The notes under the pieces are model-generated. The model worked only from the letters and a program-made list of their open reading frames with translations. It ran no database searches and was not told the DNA's origin. Both the position numbers and the translations under genes were made by a program. A stretch of DNA of 46,039 nt, from sequence record OL362271.1; one strand, written 5' to 3'. The stretch comes from Klebsiella phage 6939. Of the stretch, positions 15,269-23,549 are shown one piece after another (the first letter of the stretch is position 1; every line of letters begins with the position of its first letter).

Positions 15269-17299
15269 ATGTCTGTAGTAATGAATCTGCCATGCCCTGA
15301 GTGTCAGAAGAATGGAGCTGACAAACGTGGTCAGTATCTTATGGTGTTTGAGGATGGCGGTAAGCTTTGTATCCATACACATAACCACGATAGCCGCGAG
15401 CGCTACTATGTAGCTCCTGATGGTAAAGATCCCGTATTCGATCGTGAGATTGATGGCAAGGTACAGTACAACGCAGCTCAGTTTAATCAGCTGGTAGCTG
15501 ATGGCAAGATTAAGGATGAGTTTACTAGGCAGCTAGCATTGTCTGGTATGCGCATGAAGGACAGGTACGAAGTCTTCACAGAAGAAGAGCGTAATCAGAT
15601 TGAGGCTGAGTGGGCTATGGATGTTGCATGGTTCGAGCAGCTAAGCTATCGCTCCTTGGAAGACCGAGCAATTCATGGAGCTATTGCCAAGTTCTATGAC
15701 GTGAGAGTAGGTCATGATGAGCATGGAAAGATTAATAGGCACTACTATCCAGTTCACACTCGTGAAGATATGTCACTAGTAGGTGCTAAAGCTCGTACAC
15801 TTCCAAAGGATTTTGCTTTCGGGCATCTTGGTAGAAGGTTTGGTGATGACTTAGCACTCTTTGGTATGCATACAACTCAGAAGGTGATGGACTCAGGAAC
15901 TTTCCGTAAGGGTAAGATGGGTAAGCTTCTTGTAGTCGGCGGTGAGTGTGATGCTATGGCAGCTCAACAGATGCTGGTTAAATCAATCAATAAGCTGGAT
16001 ACATTACAAGGTATTAAGTCTCTTGATGGGCTTAAGCTTGTACACGTATGGTCACCTACTAAGGGTGAGACTTGCTTGGATGAGATTGTAGCTAACCGTG
16101 AGTATCTTGATGCTTTCGAAGAGATTGTTTGGGGCTTTGACAATGATGATGTAGGCAACAAGCTTAACTTAGCATGTGCCAAGTTGTTCCGTCAGAAGAG
16201 TAAGTTTATTGTATACCCAAGCGGTTGCAAAGATGCTAACCAATGCCTCAAAGAAGGTAGAGATAAAGAGTTTGTTGATGCATGGTGGCAACCTGTGGAG
16301 GCTCGTGTCAAAGGTAAGCTTAAGGCAGCTTCTAGTTATGCTGACATTGCCAAGAAGATTACCAAGAACGGACTAAGTTACTTCATCCCAGAGCTCAACC
16401 CTATTACCTTTGGTGTACGCTTAAGCTACTTGGGTGTATGGGGAGCTGGTACAGGTGTTGGTAAGACAGAGATGACTACTAGTCACATCTGTAAGTTGAT
16501 AGAGCAGGGTAAGCCAGTTGTAGCAATCTACTTAGAGAACAGTCCTGATGAAGTTCTTAAGATGGTTGCCAGTCGCATAGCTAACAAGGACTTTATGAGT
16601 CCACCTTATGACCCAGATGACCCAGATGATGTTTACTCAGCATCTAGGGATTACACATGGCAAGAGTTAAGTGACACAATAGATGCTCTAGTTGCGTCTA
16701 ATCTCCTGTTCATACCAGAGCTTGAAGGGAGCAAGGATGTTACTGTCATTATGGAAGTAATGGAAGATGCGTTAGCTCTTGGTTACCAGTACTTTGTAGT
16801 AGATAACTTGACAGCTTTTGAACACCATGTAGATGGTAAAGTTCAAGTAGGTGTTAATGCTATTGATGAAACTATGAAACGTATGGGTACATTCAAAGAT
16901 GAGCATCCGGTTAATATCATGCTTCTTACTCACCTAACAAGACCAGAGAAGGGACGCATACCGCATGAGTTAGGTGGTGAGGTATTCATTACTGACTTCC
17001 GTGGTGCTGGCTCTATTAGCTTCTGGGCTAATGGTGCATGGGGTATTGAACGAAATACACAAGCAGCATCTATCCAAGACAAATGCACAACACTTATTCG
17101 TAACCTTAAGTCACGTGGTGTTGGTCATAAGGTTGGTAACACTGTAGTCATCAGGAAGATTCTTGACACTGGTGAGTATGAGGTACTGGATGGTGTTCAT
17201 GAGCTACCGCAAGTGGGTCGTGAGAAGAAAGACAAGCAGTCATCAGCTAGTAGGCAGATGGCAGATAATTTTATTGACGAAGCAGATGAGGAATTCTGA
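15269..17299 (+). CDS. DNA primase/helicase (T7 gp4-like)
   Basis: N-terminal Cys4 zinc ribbon (CPECQK...C..H), a TOPRIM region and a C-terminal helicase with Walker A GAGTGVGKT. Acidic C-terminus DEADEEF. Confidence 0.92.
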   Translation: MSVVMNLPCPECQKNGADKRGQYLMVFEDGGKLCIHTHNHDSRERYYVAPDGKDPVFDREIDGKVQYNAAQFNQLVADGKIKDEFTRQLALSGMRMKDRYEVFTEEERNQIEAEWAMDVAWFEQLSYRSLEDRAIHGAIAKFYDVRVGHDEHGKINRHYYPVHTREDMSLVGAKARTLPKDFAFGHLGRRFGDDLALFGMHTTQKVMDSGTFRKGKMGKLLVVGGECDAMAAQQMLVKSINKLDTLQGIKSLDGLKLVHVWSPTKGETCLDEIVANREYLDAFEEIVWGFDNDDVGNKLNLACAKLFRQKSKFIVYPSGCKDANQCLKEGRDKEFVDAWWQPVEARVKGKLKAASSYADIAKKITKNGLSYFIPELNPITFGVRLSYLGVWGAGTGVGKTEMTTSHICKLIEQGKPVVAIYLENSPDEVLKMVASRIANKDFMSPPYDPDDPDDVYSASRDYTWQELSDTIDALVASNLLFIPELEGSKDVTVIMEVMEDALALGYQYFVVDNLTAFEHHVDGKVQVGVNAIDETMKRMGTFKDEHPVNIMLLTHLTRPEKGRIPHELGGEVFITDFRGAGSISFWANGAWGIERNTQAASIQDKCTTLIRNLKSRGVGHKVGNTVVIRKILDTGEYEVLDGVHELPQVGREKKDKQSSASRQMADNFIDEADEEF

Positions 17300-17577
17300 T
17301 GATTGGTTTACGTACTGATATTTGGCAAGCTTACATGACACAAGATGGTGTTATTGTCGATTGTCAAACAAGCGCACAAACTGAAGGTAAAGTTTCAGTA
17401 ACTGTTGTTGATGCTGTAGCTACTATCCACGATGAAACTATCTACTCACGGCAAGTTCTGGTAGATGAAGCCATCAAGGATTCAAGCATCGAACGTTCTG
17501 TACTTATTGGTTGCACTGAGCGAGATTGCTTACGTGACTTAGTTACGCAGCTTCATGTCAAAGGTTACTTTGAATGA
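17299..17577 (+). CDS. Hypothetical protein, 92 aa
   Basis: ATGA overlap with the primase gene. Confidence 0.45.
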   Translation: MIGLRTDIWQAYMTQDGVIVDCQTSAQTEGKVSVTVVDAVATIHDETIYSRQVLVDEAIKDSSIERSVLIGCTERDCLRDLVTQLHVKGYFE

Positions 17578-17768
17578 TACTAACTAACCCTAAAGCAGCT
17601 TTAACTATGAATGAGCTGGAGCTACGAGCACGTAAAGGTGACCCGTGGGCTCAGCAGGAGTTATTCAAGCGCAGTATGCAGTTTGCTTCCGTAGTTATGG
17701 ACGAAGTAAAGCAAGGTGCTGATATGGTTAATCGTAATGAGCAACTTATTGTAGGTGGCAAGCCGTAA
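17574..17768 (+). CDS. Hypothetical protein, 64 aa
   Basis: ATGA overlap with the upstream ORF. Confidence 0.4.
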   Translation: MILTNPKAALTMNELELRARKGDPWAQQELFKRSMQFASVVMDEVKQGADMVNRNEQLIVGGKP

Positions 17769-17771
17769 GGC

Positions 17772-17791
17772 TTGTCTCTTATAGGAGACAA
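17772..17791. repeat. Palindromic element TTGTCTC-ttatag-GAGACAA (inverted orientation)
   Basis: Same arms with a reverse-complemented spacer. Overlaps the RBS of the gene at 17793. Confidence 0.6.
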
Positions 17792-17792
17792 A

Positions 17793-18089
17793 ATGGCTAC
17801 ATCTGGTTACCTTGATAGGTTCTTGGTATCTGATAAAGCAAGAGCCTTATATCACATCAAGAAGGGTATGTACTACAAGGGGAATAAGATAACTCAAGTT
17901 TTAGATATAAGTACAAGTGAGGATATGCTTTCACTTAACTTGCGTGTCTTTGTACTATTAGAGTTAGACAATTCTGAGCTTCACAGGGTTAAATGCACTG
18001 ATGATGAACAACCAACGGATGTAGTCCCAAGGAAGTACAGGAATCATGTTAACTTACAGAAGTTAGAGGACAATTATCATGAGCGTTAA
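17793..18089 (+). CDS. Hypothetical protein, 98 aa
   Basis: Start placed at the ATG after AGGAGACAAA. The RBS is embedded in the palindrome at 17772-17791. Confidence 0.45.
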   Translation: MATSGYLDRFLVSDKARALYHIKKGMYYKGNKITQVLDISTSEDMLSLNLRVFVLLELDNSELHRVKCTDDEQPTDVVPRKYRNHVNLQKLEDNYHER

Positions 18090-18354
18090 AGAAACTAGCT
18101 GGCAAGCTTATCAAGAAATCCTGCGTGGTGGTGTAGCAGTTAAGCAAGCTGAGAAAGTCTTGCAAACTATTAACTACTACCCGGATGGTGTAAGCAGAGC
18201 AACTATTGCTCGTGCAATGGGTATGCCAATCAACTCAGTTTGTGGTCGTGTTAATGAGCTACTGGCAGCTGAGGTAATCTATGTAGCAGGTACTGGTAAG
18301 TGTCCAGTAACTGGTCGTACAGTTGAGCAACTTAAGGTGGTTGAGTATGAGTAA
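18079..18354 (+). CDS. Small winged-HTH-like DNA-binding protein, 91 aa
   Basis: VSRATIARAMGMPINSVCGRVNELL resembles an HTH recognition helix region. Confidence 0.4.
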   Translation: MSVKETSWQAYQEILRGGVAVKQAEKVLQTINYYPDGVSRATIARAMGMPINSVCGRVNELLAAEVIYVAGTGKCPVTGRTVEQLKVVEYE

Positions 18355-19030
18355 TATTCTTGCAGCAGCAGCAGAAATGATGGCAGCTAAAGAAGCTAAG
18401 GCTAAAGCTATTACACTTGAGCAAGTTCTTAAGAAGATTAAAGAACATACATTTAGTTGTATGGTTGCTGGTGGTTATTGTCGTGATGTGTTTCATGGGG
18501 TGGCACATAAGGACATTGACATCATTGTTTATAATGTTTACCCAAAAGACTGGGCTGAACAAAAGCTTATTAATATGCTATGGCAATGGATGTTTGAGAA
18601 CTTAGAAGTTAAGAACATTACAGCAACTGGTGAAGCAGAGTATGAACATGATGGACGCATCCACTTTGTGTGGCATCTACCACATCATAATACTGACATC
18701 ATCTTCTATAACGCACGTACTCATATGGAAGTGCTTAGTAAGTTTGATTGCAACCTCAATCAGTTCTATTTACCTTCTACAGTTCCAGACTTTGAAAGAG
18801 ACAAGCCGTACAATCCGTCACTAGAAGAGTCGCCAGTTTACGTAGGTGATGATACACCAGACTTCTTAGTCTTCTTAAAGGAGCTCCCTGAAGACCGTAT
18901 TGAGAAGATGGTAGCTAAGCATAAAGCTTTCTATCCAGATGCTTGGACAGGTTCACAGGAGCCAGTAGCTTACTATGATAAGCACAAAGATAGTGATTGC
19001 TTTGATTGTGGTAGTCCAATTCCTTGGTAA
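18347..19030 (+). CDS. Pol-beta-superfamily nucleotidyltransferase-like protein, 227 aa
   Basis: AGGYCRDVFHGVAHKDIDII fits the minimal nucleotidyltransferase signature hG[GS] x9-13 Dh[DE]h. Confidence 0.5.
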   Translation: MSNILAAAAEMMAAKEAKAKAITLEQVLKKIKEHTFSCMVAGGYCRDVFHGVAHKDIDIIVYNVYPKDWAEQKLINMLWQWMFENLEVKNITATGEAEYEHDGRIHFVWHLPHHNTDIIFYNARTHMEVLSKFDCNLNQFYLPSTVPDFERDKPYNPSLEESPVYVGDDTPDFLVFLKELPEDRIEKMVAKHKAFYPDAWTGSQEPVAYYDKHKDSDCFDCGSPIPW

Positions 19031-19046
19031 TTAATTAGAGGTTTAA

Positions 19047-21629
19047 ATGTTTAAATTCTGGCCTTTCATGTATGAAGATGGCAAGTCGCCACTAAGTGGT
19101 GTTGGTCGCTTCTTGGTAGCTGATATTGAGTCTCGTGGCTTACTTCGAGTTACCAGAGAGGCTAGCGATTTGCATATTATTACTATTGAAGATTATTTCA
19201 CAGGTGAGCAGTTCGTATTTTTCGATCCCTATGAGAAGCGTAAGAATCCTACAGAGCTACCAACTTGGGAAGGTGACCAAGATGGCTATATAGCTGATGG
19301 GGTTAAGATGCTTATGGAGGCTGAAGGTCTTAGCTTCCAGAACGCCGTAGGGTTTGATGGACTTGTACTAGAGAGATGCTTCCCTTGGTTCAAGTTTGAT
19401 TGGTTAGGTTCTCGTAAGCACAAGAAGCATACAGACATCTTCCCATTCAACCACATGGATACAATGGTTGTCAGTCAGCTTACATATCCTGACCGTCCAC
19501 TTGACCATAAGGCTTACAGCTTAGGCCTTGGTAACACAGGTGCGCATAGTATCGCAGCTCATGGTATCCGCATGGGTCGCCATAAGCCAGAGCATGAGGA
19601 TTGGTCAACCCTCACAGAAGATATGATTCACCGTAACCGAGAGGACGTTTCAATCGGTAAGGATTACTTACGGTATCTGATGGAGGGTGATTGGGCTGAC
19701 CAAGTTGCCAGAGGTGCTAACAAGCATACTGGTTTCACAATCCATGAAGCTTACAGAATGGAACAGCAAGTAGCTTTCATGATTGCACGTCAGGAGCAGC
19801 GTGGTTTCCGGTTTGATATGCATCAAGCTTGGGAAGACTACAAAACTATTGATAGTGACATGGAATCTATTAGCGCAGCTGTAGAGCCGTACATACCATT
19901 GAGACTTGTGACTGACCCATACAACTTCCAGAGGCTTAAGCAGCGTTATGATTCTGCTATCAAGAATCTTGACATAAGCCACTGGGGTGTTTGGTTCAAG
20001 CTCAATAAAGATGAGTACCTTAAAGGTATCTTCAATGAGATTCACAGGACTATGAGTATGAAGTCAGAGGACTTTAAACGCATTGGTACTTGTGCAACTC
20101 AATGGAAGCTTACAACAGCTAAGGGTGACTGGAGCAAGGCACTACAGAAAGTATACCCAGAGATGCGTGGCAACATTAATGATACACCAGACCCTCTGGT
20201 AGCTGGGCCATTCACACCCTTAACATTTGAGCAGCTGGGCTTAGGTTCTCTTGATTATGTCAAGGAGAAAGTTCTATGGCCTCGTGGTTGGATTGGAATC
20301 AACTACTCTGATTCAGAAGAGGAATGGATTAACGAGCATGGTGAACCTCGTTACCCTTGGTCTGGTAAGATTGATGATGACTCACTGAAAGCTTGGAAGA
20401 ACAGACAAGAGATACCAGAGTGGGCTGAGAAGATAGTTAACTACTATATCTTACGTTCACGCCGTTCAGTTATTGTGAACAAAGGTGACATTGAGAAGTT
20501 CAATAAGAATGGTGAGTGGCCTAAGCAGAAGAACGGTAAGCATGAATGTCGTGGCTTGCTGGCAGTTGCCTATAACAAAGAGTATGACCTAACAGGTGGA
20601 GAGTACTATGCTAAGTTTAAGGAGTGGCCTACCTCCGATGAAGAAGAGTGGCGTGTACCTGCTGCTGCTTTCTCCATTGGAACGAATACGTTCCGTATGC
20701 GACACAGGTTTGTTGTCAACATACCAGCACGTGGACTATTCCCACTACGCCATCTATTTATCGCTCGCAAAGGCTACAAGATACTTGGATGTGACGGGGC
20801 AGGGCTTGAGCTACGAATGCTTGCACACTTTATGGCAGATGCTGTCTACCAAGAGATTATACTGCATGGCGACATCCATACACACAACCAGCTCAAGGCA
20901 GGATTGCCTACACGAGATATGGCGAAGACTTTCATATACGCATTTCTCTATGGCTCAGGTGTTGGTGGACTCGCTAGATTGGCTGGCATTACCATTGCTG
21001 AAATGGAATCTTGCATATCAAGATTTAAAGCAGAACTTCCAGCACTGGCAACACTGATTGACCGATGTGAGCAAGCTGGTCGTAAGTTTGGTTATCTCCA
21101 AGCTATTGATGGTCGCTGGGGTCGTATCCGTAAGAAGGGTGGCAAGCTTATTATGCACACTGCACTTAACGTGTTGCTTCAGATGACTGGCTCATTAGTC
21201 ATGAAGTATGGTGAGTGCATCGCTGAAGACAATATGATTAAGGAAGGAGTAGCACTTGATGAGTTTGGGTATCCAGCTTTCGTGGCTAACGTACATGATG
21301 AAGTACAAATGGAAGTGCCTGAAGATGAAGTTGATAGCATGGAGTATGAGCTTGCATATACTCTTGAAGGTTTCCCTGATGAACGGAAAGCTATCAAAGC
21401 TGTTTGGGATGTGGAAGAGAAACGCGCACACACAGATGAGCAAGGTAGAAAGTGGAGTGCTCCTTGTAAGCTTAGCGCTGCTGATGGGGTCATTCGTGTT
21501 AGCAGGAGTTATCATCGAGCTGGTCACATACTTATGGACGCTTTCGAAGCTGCTGGGGTAATGTTCAAGATGCGGTGCCCTCTTGCTGGTGAATATAAGG
21601 TGGGTAATAGTTGGGCTGATACACACTAA
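19047..21629 (+). CDS. DNA polymerase (family A, T7 gp5-like) with 3-prime to 5-prime exonuclease domain
   Basis: Exo I motif LVADIES, motif A DGAGLELR, motif B RDMAKTFIYAFLYG and motif C VHDEVQ. Confidence 0.93.
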   Translation: MFKFWPFMYEDGKSPLSGVGRFLVADIESRGLLRVTREASDLHIITIEDYFTGEQFVFFDPYEKRKNPTELPTWEGDQDGYIADGVKMLMEAEGLSFQNAVGFDGLVLERCFPWFKFDWLGSRKHKKHTDIFPFNHMDTMVVSQLTYPDRPLDHKAYSLGLGNTGAHSIAAHGIRMGRHKPEHEDWSTLTEDMIHRNREDVSIGKDYLRYLMEGDWADQVARGANKHTGFTIHEAYRMEQQVAFMIARQEQRGFRFDMHQAWEDYKTIDSDMESISAAVEPYIPLRLVTDPYNFQRLKQRYDSAIKNLDISHWGVWFKLNKDEYLKGIFNEIHRTMSMKSEDFKRIGTCATQWKLTTAKGDWSKALQKVYPEMRGNINDTPDPLVAGPFTPLTFEQLGLGSLDYVKEKVLWPRGWIGINYSDSEEEWINEHGEPRYPWSGKIDDDSLKAWKNRQEIPEWAEKIVNYYILRSRRSVIVNKGDIEKFNKNGEWPKQKNGKHECRGLLAVAYNKEYDLTGGEYYAKFKEWPTSDEEEWRVPAAAFSIGTNTFRMRHRFVVNIPARGLFPLRHLFIARKGYKILGCDGAGLELRMLAHFMADAVYQEIILHGDIHTHNQLKAGLPTRDMAKTFIYAFLYGSGVGGLARLAGITIAEMESCISRFKAELPALATLIDRCEQAGRKFGYLQAIDGRWGRIRKKGGKLIMHTALNVLLQMTGSLVMKYGECIAEDNMIKEGVALDEFGYPAFVANVHDEVQMEVPEDEVDSMEYELAYTLEGFPDERKAIKAVWDVEEKRAHTDEQGRKWSAPCKLSAADGVIRVSRSYHRAGHILMDAFEAAGVMFKMRCPLAGEYKVGNSWADTH

Positions 21630-21650
21630 TAAAGTTACACAATAGGTATA
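21627..21650 (+). promoter_or_regulatory. Phage RNAP promoter, SP6-like (taataaagttacacaataggtata)
   Basis: Copy of the promoter motif immediately after the DNAP stop. Confidence 0.55.
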
Positions 21651-21680
21651 TAAACTAAATCAACCAAGGAGTTATTAATT

Positions 21681-22025
21681 ATGTGGCAATTCATTGTAAT
21701 CGAATGCATCTTAGCTATTGCTGTTGTGCAATCTATTTGTAATCTCAATAATCCACCAAAGGTTATTGTTAATACGTCAGGTCTTAGAGTGACAATGTTA
21801 TTTGTACTTATGTTGCTTCTCTCTTTGCAGTATAGCTTCTTTAGTTCATACCCAAGTACACTAGGGTGGGTTTTATTTGCATTCATTGCTTTATTGTATT
21901 TTGCTGTATTCATCTCATGTATCATTACTAGTCAGTCAGTTACAAAGCATAGTGCAGGTAAGGTATTTATTAACCTTACTTGGGCTGCTGTGTACGCTGG
22001 CTACTTTATGTATTACGTTTACTAG
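21681..22025 (+). CDS. Integral membrane protein, 114 aa, 3-4 TM helices
   Basis: AAGGAG N8 ATG start context. Almost entirely hydrophobic. Has its own promoter and is followed by hairpins at 22033-22075. Confidence 0.5.
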   Translation: MWQFIVIECILAIAVVQSICNLNNPPKVIVNTSGLRVTMLFVLMLLLSLQYSFFSSYPSTLGWVLFAFIALLYFAVFISCIITSQSVTKHSAGKVFINLTWAAVYAGYFMYYVY

Positions 22026-22026
22026 A

Positions 22027-22075
22027 TGTTAGCTCCCTCTACGGAGGGAGTTTGCTAGAGAGCCTTGCTGGTTCT
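22027..22075 (+). terminator. Two stem-loops (ctccctc-tacg-gagggag, tagaga...tctcta), weak terminator-like
   Basis: 7-bp GC stem followed only by a short ttt. Confidence 0.3.
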
Positions 22076-22114
22076 CTATCAAGCTATAAACTAACGTTAG
22101 GAGATTAAGGACAA

Positions 22115-22903
22115 ATGGCAGATTTTGATTTTGATTATGGTGCTGATGTAGCTGAAGGCTCTGGTGTTAAGCGAGTTAACCCAGAAGAGGGCTTACAGTA
22201 CGGATACCTCAAGAGTGTTATCCATCTCGGTAAGATTGCTGGTAGCTTCAAAGGTAAAGCAAAAGACCCAACTAACAAAGTGTGTCTCAACTTTGAGCTG
22301 ATGGGTAACTTGGTACCAGAAGGTGAAGATGGTTGTATCACAGGTTTGCATCCAGAGACTGGTGAACCATTAGACCATACTCTGTCTATCAACCTTACCA
22401 AAGGTGATAATGCGATGCTGACCAAAGTCATGGCAGCTCTTGTTAGCAAGAAAGAGATGGAGACTGGTAGCGTCAAAGGTTGGGGTGATTTAATTGGTCG
22501 CCCGGTTCAACTGGACATCAAGGGCTCTGATGAGAAGGGTGACGATGGTAAGCCTAAGTATGTTGACATCAAAGGTATTACCCAGTTCCCGGCAGCTCTT
22601 AAGCCAACTATCAAAGGCATCAAGAATGCTGGTGTTGGTCATTGCTTGCTGAAAGATTTGTCAGTCGCAGCGCTGGATGAGGTTAATATGTACCTCGATG
22701 TGCAGATGGGGATGATGAAATCTGAGGAATGGAAAGCTGGGACGCATCCAGCAATCGCTCTGGTCGAAGAGATTCGCAAGGAGAATCCAAACTATGCCAA
22801 GGCTAAGGCGAAAGACGATAAGCCGTCTGACGACGCCACAGGCGGTTCTCAGCAATCTTCCGGGGCTCCGGTAGAGAAGGTGGACGCTAATGAAGAGTTT
22901 TAA
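22115..22903 (+). CDS. Single-stranded DNA-binding protein candidate (T7 gp2.5 position) with acidic C-terminal tail ending EEF
   Basis: Position between DNAP and exonuclease. Gly/Lys-rich OB-like body. C-terminus DDKPSDD...DANEEF resembles the acidic Phe-terminated tail of T7 gp2.5. Confidence 0.5.
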   Translation: MADFDFDYGADVAEGSGVKRVNPEEGLQYGYLKSVIHLGKIAGSFKGKAKDPTNKVCLNFELMGNLVPEGEDGCITGLHPETGEPLDHTLSINLTKGDNAMLTKVMAALVSKKEMETGSVKGWGDLIGRPVQLDIKGSDEKGDDGKPKYVDIKGITQFPAALKPTIKGIKNAGVGHCLLKDLSVAALDEVNMYLDVQMGMMKSEEWKAGTHPAIALVEEIRKENPNYAKAKAKDDKPSDDATGGSQQSSGAPVEKVDANEEF

Positions 22904-22905
22904 TT

Positions 22906-22925
22906 TTGTCTCCTATAAGAGACAA
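22906..22925. repeat. Palindromic element TTGTCTC-ctataa-GAGACAA
   Basis: Between the SSB stop and the promoter at 22927. Confidence 0.6.
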
Positions 22926-22926
22926 G

Positions 22927-22950
22927 AATAAAGTTACACAATAGATATAT
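22927..22950 (+). promoter_or_regulatory. Phage RNAP promoter, SP6-like (aataaagttacacaatagatatat)
   Basis: Copy of the promoter motif directly after the palindrome at 22906-22925. Confidence 0.55.
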
Positions 22951-22963
22951 AAGGTGACAGCCA

Positions 22964-23056
22964 ATGTCAGTACGCTGGGAGATTACACATACTGGTCGCG
23001 CGGCCAATGTGGGCTGGGGTTTCTGGATACACGCTGCTGACTTAACCTTCAATTAA
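22964..23056 (+). CDS. Possible 30-aa micro-ORF in a locally GC-rich island between tandem promoters
   Basis: AAGGTGA N6 ATG start context. Product MSVRWEITHTGRAANVGWGFWIHAADLTFN. Could equally be a structured leader. Confidence 0.2.
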   Translation: MSVRWEITHTGRAANVGWGFWIHAADLTFN

Positions 23057-23073
23057 GTTACACAATAGATATA
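23051..23073 (+). promoter_or_regulatory. Phage RNAP promoter, SP6-like (aattaagttacacaatagatata)
   Basis: Best match to the in-window consensus. 124 bp downstream of the previous promoter. Confidence 0.6.
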
Positions 23074-23126
23074 CTTTTATGTCTTAAGCCGCTAATGGCA
23101 AATCATTTCTTAGGAGAGAATAAATT

Positions 23127-23465
23127 ATGTTGACTATCAAATCTGAAGTATCTACCCGTATCGTTGCTGGCGCTCTGGTTAAAGAAGAGTTCTTCTACGT
23201 AGCTGATGAAGCTGGCAATCTGGTTGGTCGTAAGTCTCACAGCTCTGAAGCTGAAGCACAAGCTGAGCTGTCTGGGCTGGCTGGTTACGCAGAAGGTCTG
23301 GAGTTTGCTCGTGCTCAGTTCCCAGAGCTGGGTGACAAAGCTCATGTTGGTAAGGCCAACGTGATTGCAGAATTCCTGGCTTGGAAAGATGCTGGTAAAC
23401 CTGTTAAAGAAGCTAAGGTTGCTGAAGCAACTGAAGAAGCTGCTACTGACGAAGGTCAGTTCTAA
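23127..23465 (+). CDS. Highly expressed small acidic protein, 112 aa, C-terminus ...TDEGQF (T7 gp5.5-position)
   Basis: Own promoter, RBS TAGGAGAGAATAAATTATG and own terminator. Codon usage shifts to CTG/GAA/GCT/CGT as in the capsid gene. Confidence 0.6.
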   Translation: MLTIKSEVSTRIVAGALVKEEFFYVADEAGNLVGRKSHSSEAEAQAELSGLAGYAEGLEFARAQFPELGDKAHVGKANVIAEFLAWKDAGKPVKEAKVAEATEEAATDEGQF

Positions 23466-23467
23466 GA

Positions 23468-23537
23468 GTTCCTACCTATAGAGGTATTACTATAGGAACC
23501 TACATGCCCTACTCATAGCGAGTAGGGCTTATTTTTG
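23468..23537 (+). terminator. Double stem-loop: large hairpin (gttccta...taggaac) plus intrinsic terminator (gccctactc-atagc-gagtagggc + ttatttttgtt)
   Basis: 9-bp GC stem plus T-run. The upstream hairpin has a 7-bp stem and a large loop, a possible RNase III site. Confidence 0.7.
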
Positions 23538-23549
23538 TTAGGAGGGACT

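Noticed and set aside
20596-21057. 153-aa + strand ORF in an alternative frame inside the DNA polymerase gene
   Set aside because: It is nested out of frame in a gene with intact catalytic motifs and has no RBS. The same applies to other nested + strand ORFs (368-646, 3840-4067, 4356-4556, 11892-12074, 13362-13577, 16176-16376, 18417-18605, 18630-18824, 21256-21561, 25730-25912, 33611-33826, 37225-37443, 39190-39384, 40207-40464, 42685-42879, 43066-43329, 43420-43647, 44560-44865).
22115-22903. Calling the 262-aa protein a confident T7 gp2.5 homologue
   Set aside because: No direct sequence similarity to T7 gp2.5 is recognisable by eye. The call rests only on position and the acidic EEF tail, so it is kept at 0.5 confidence.
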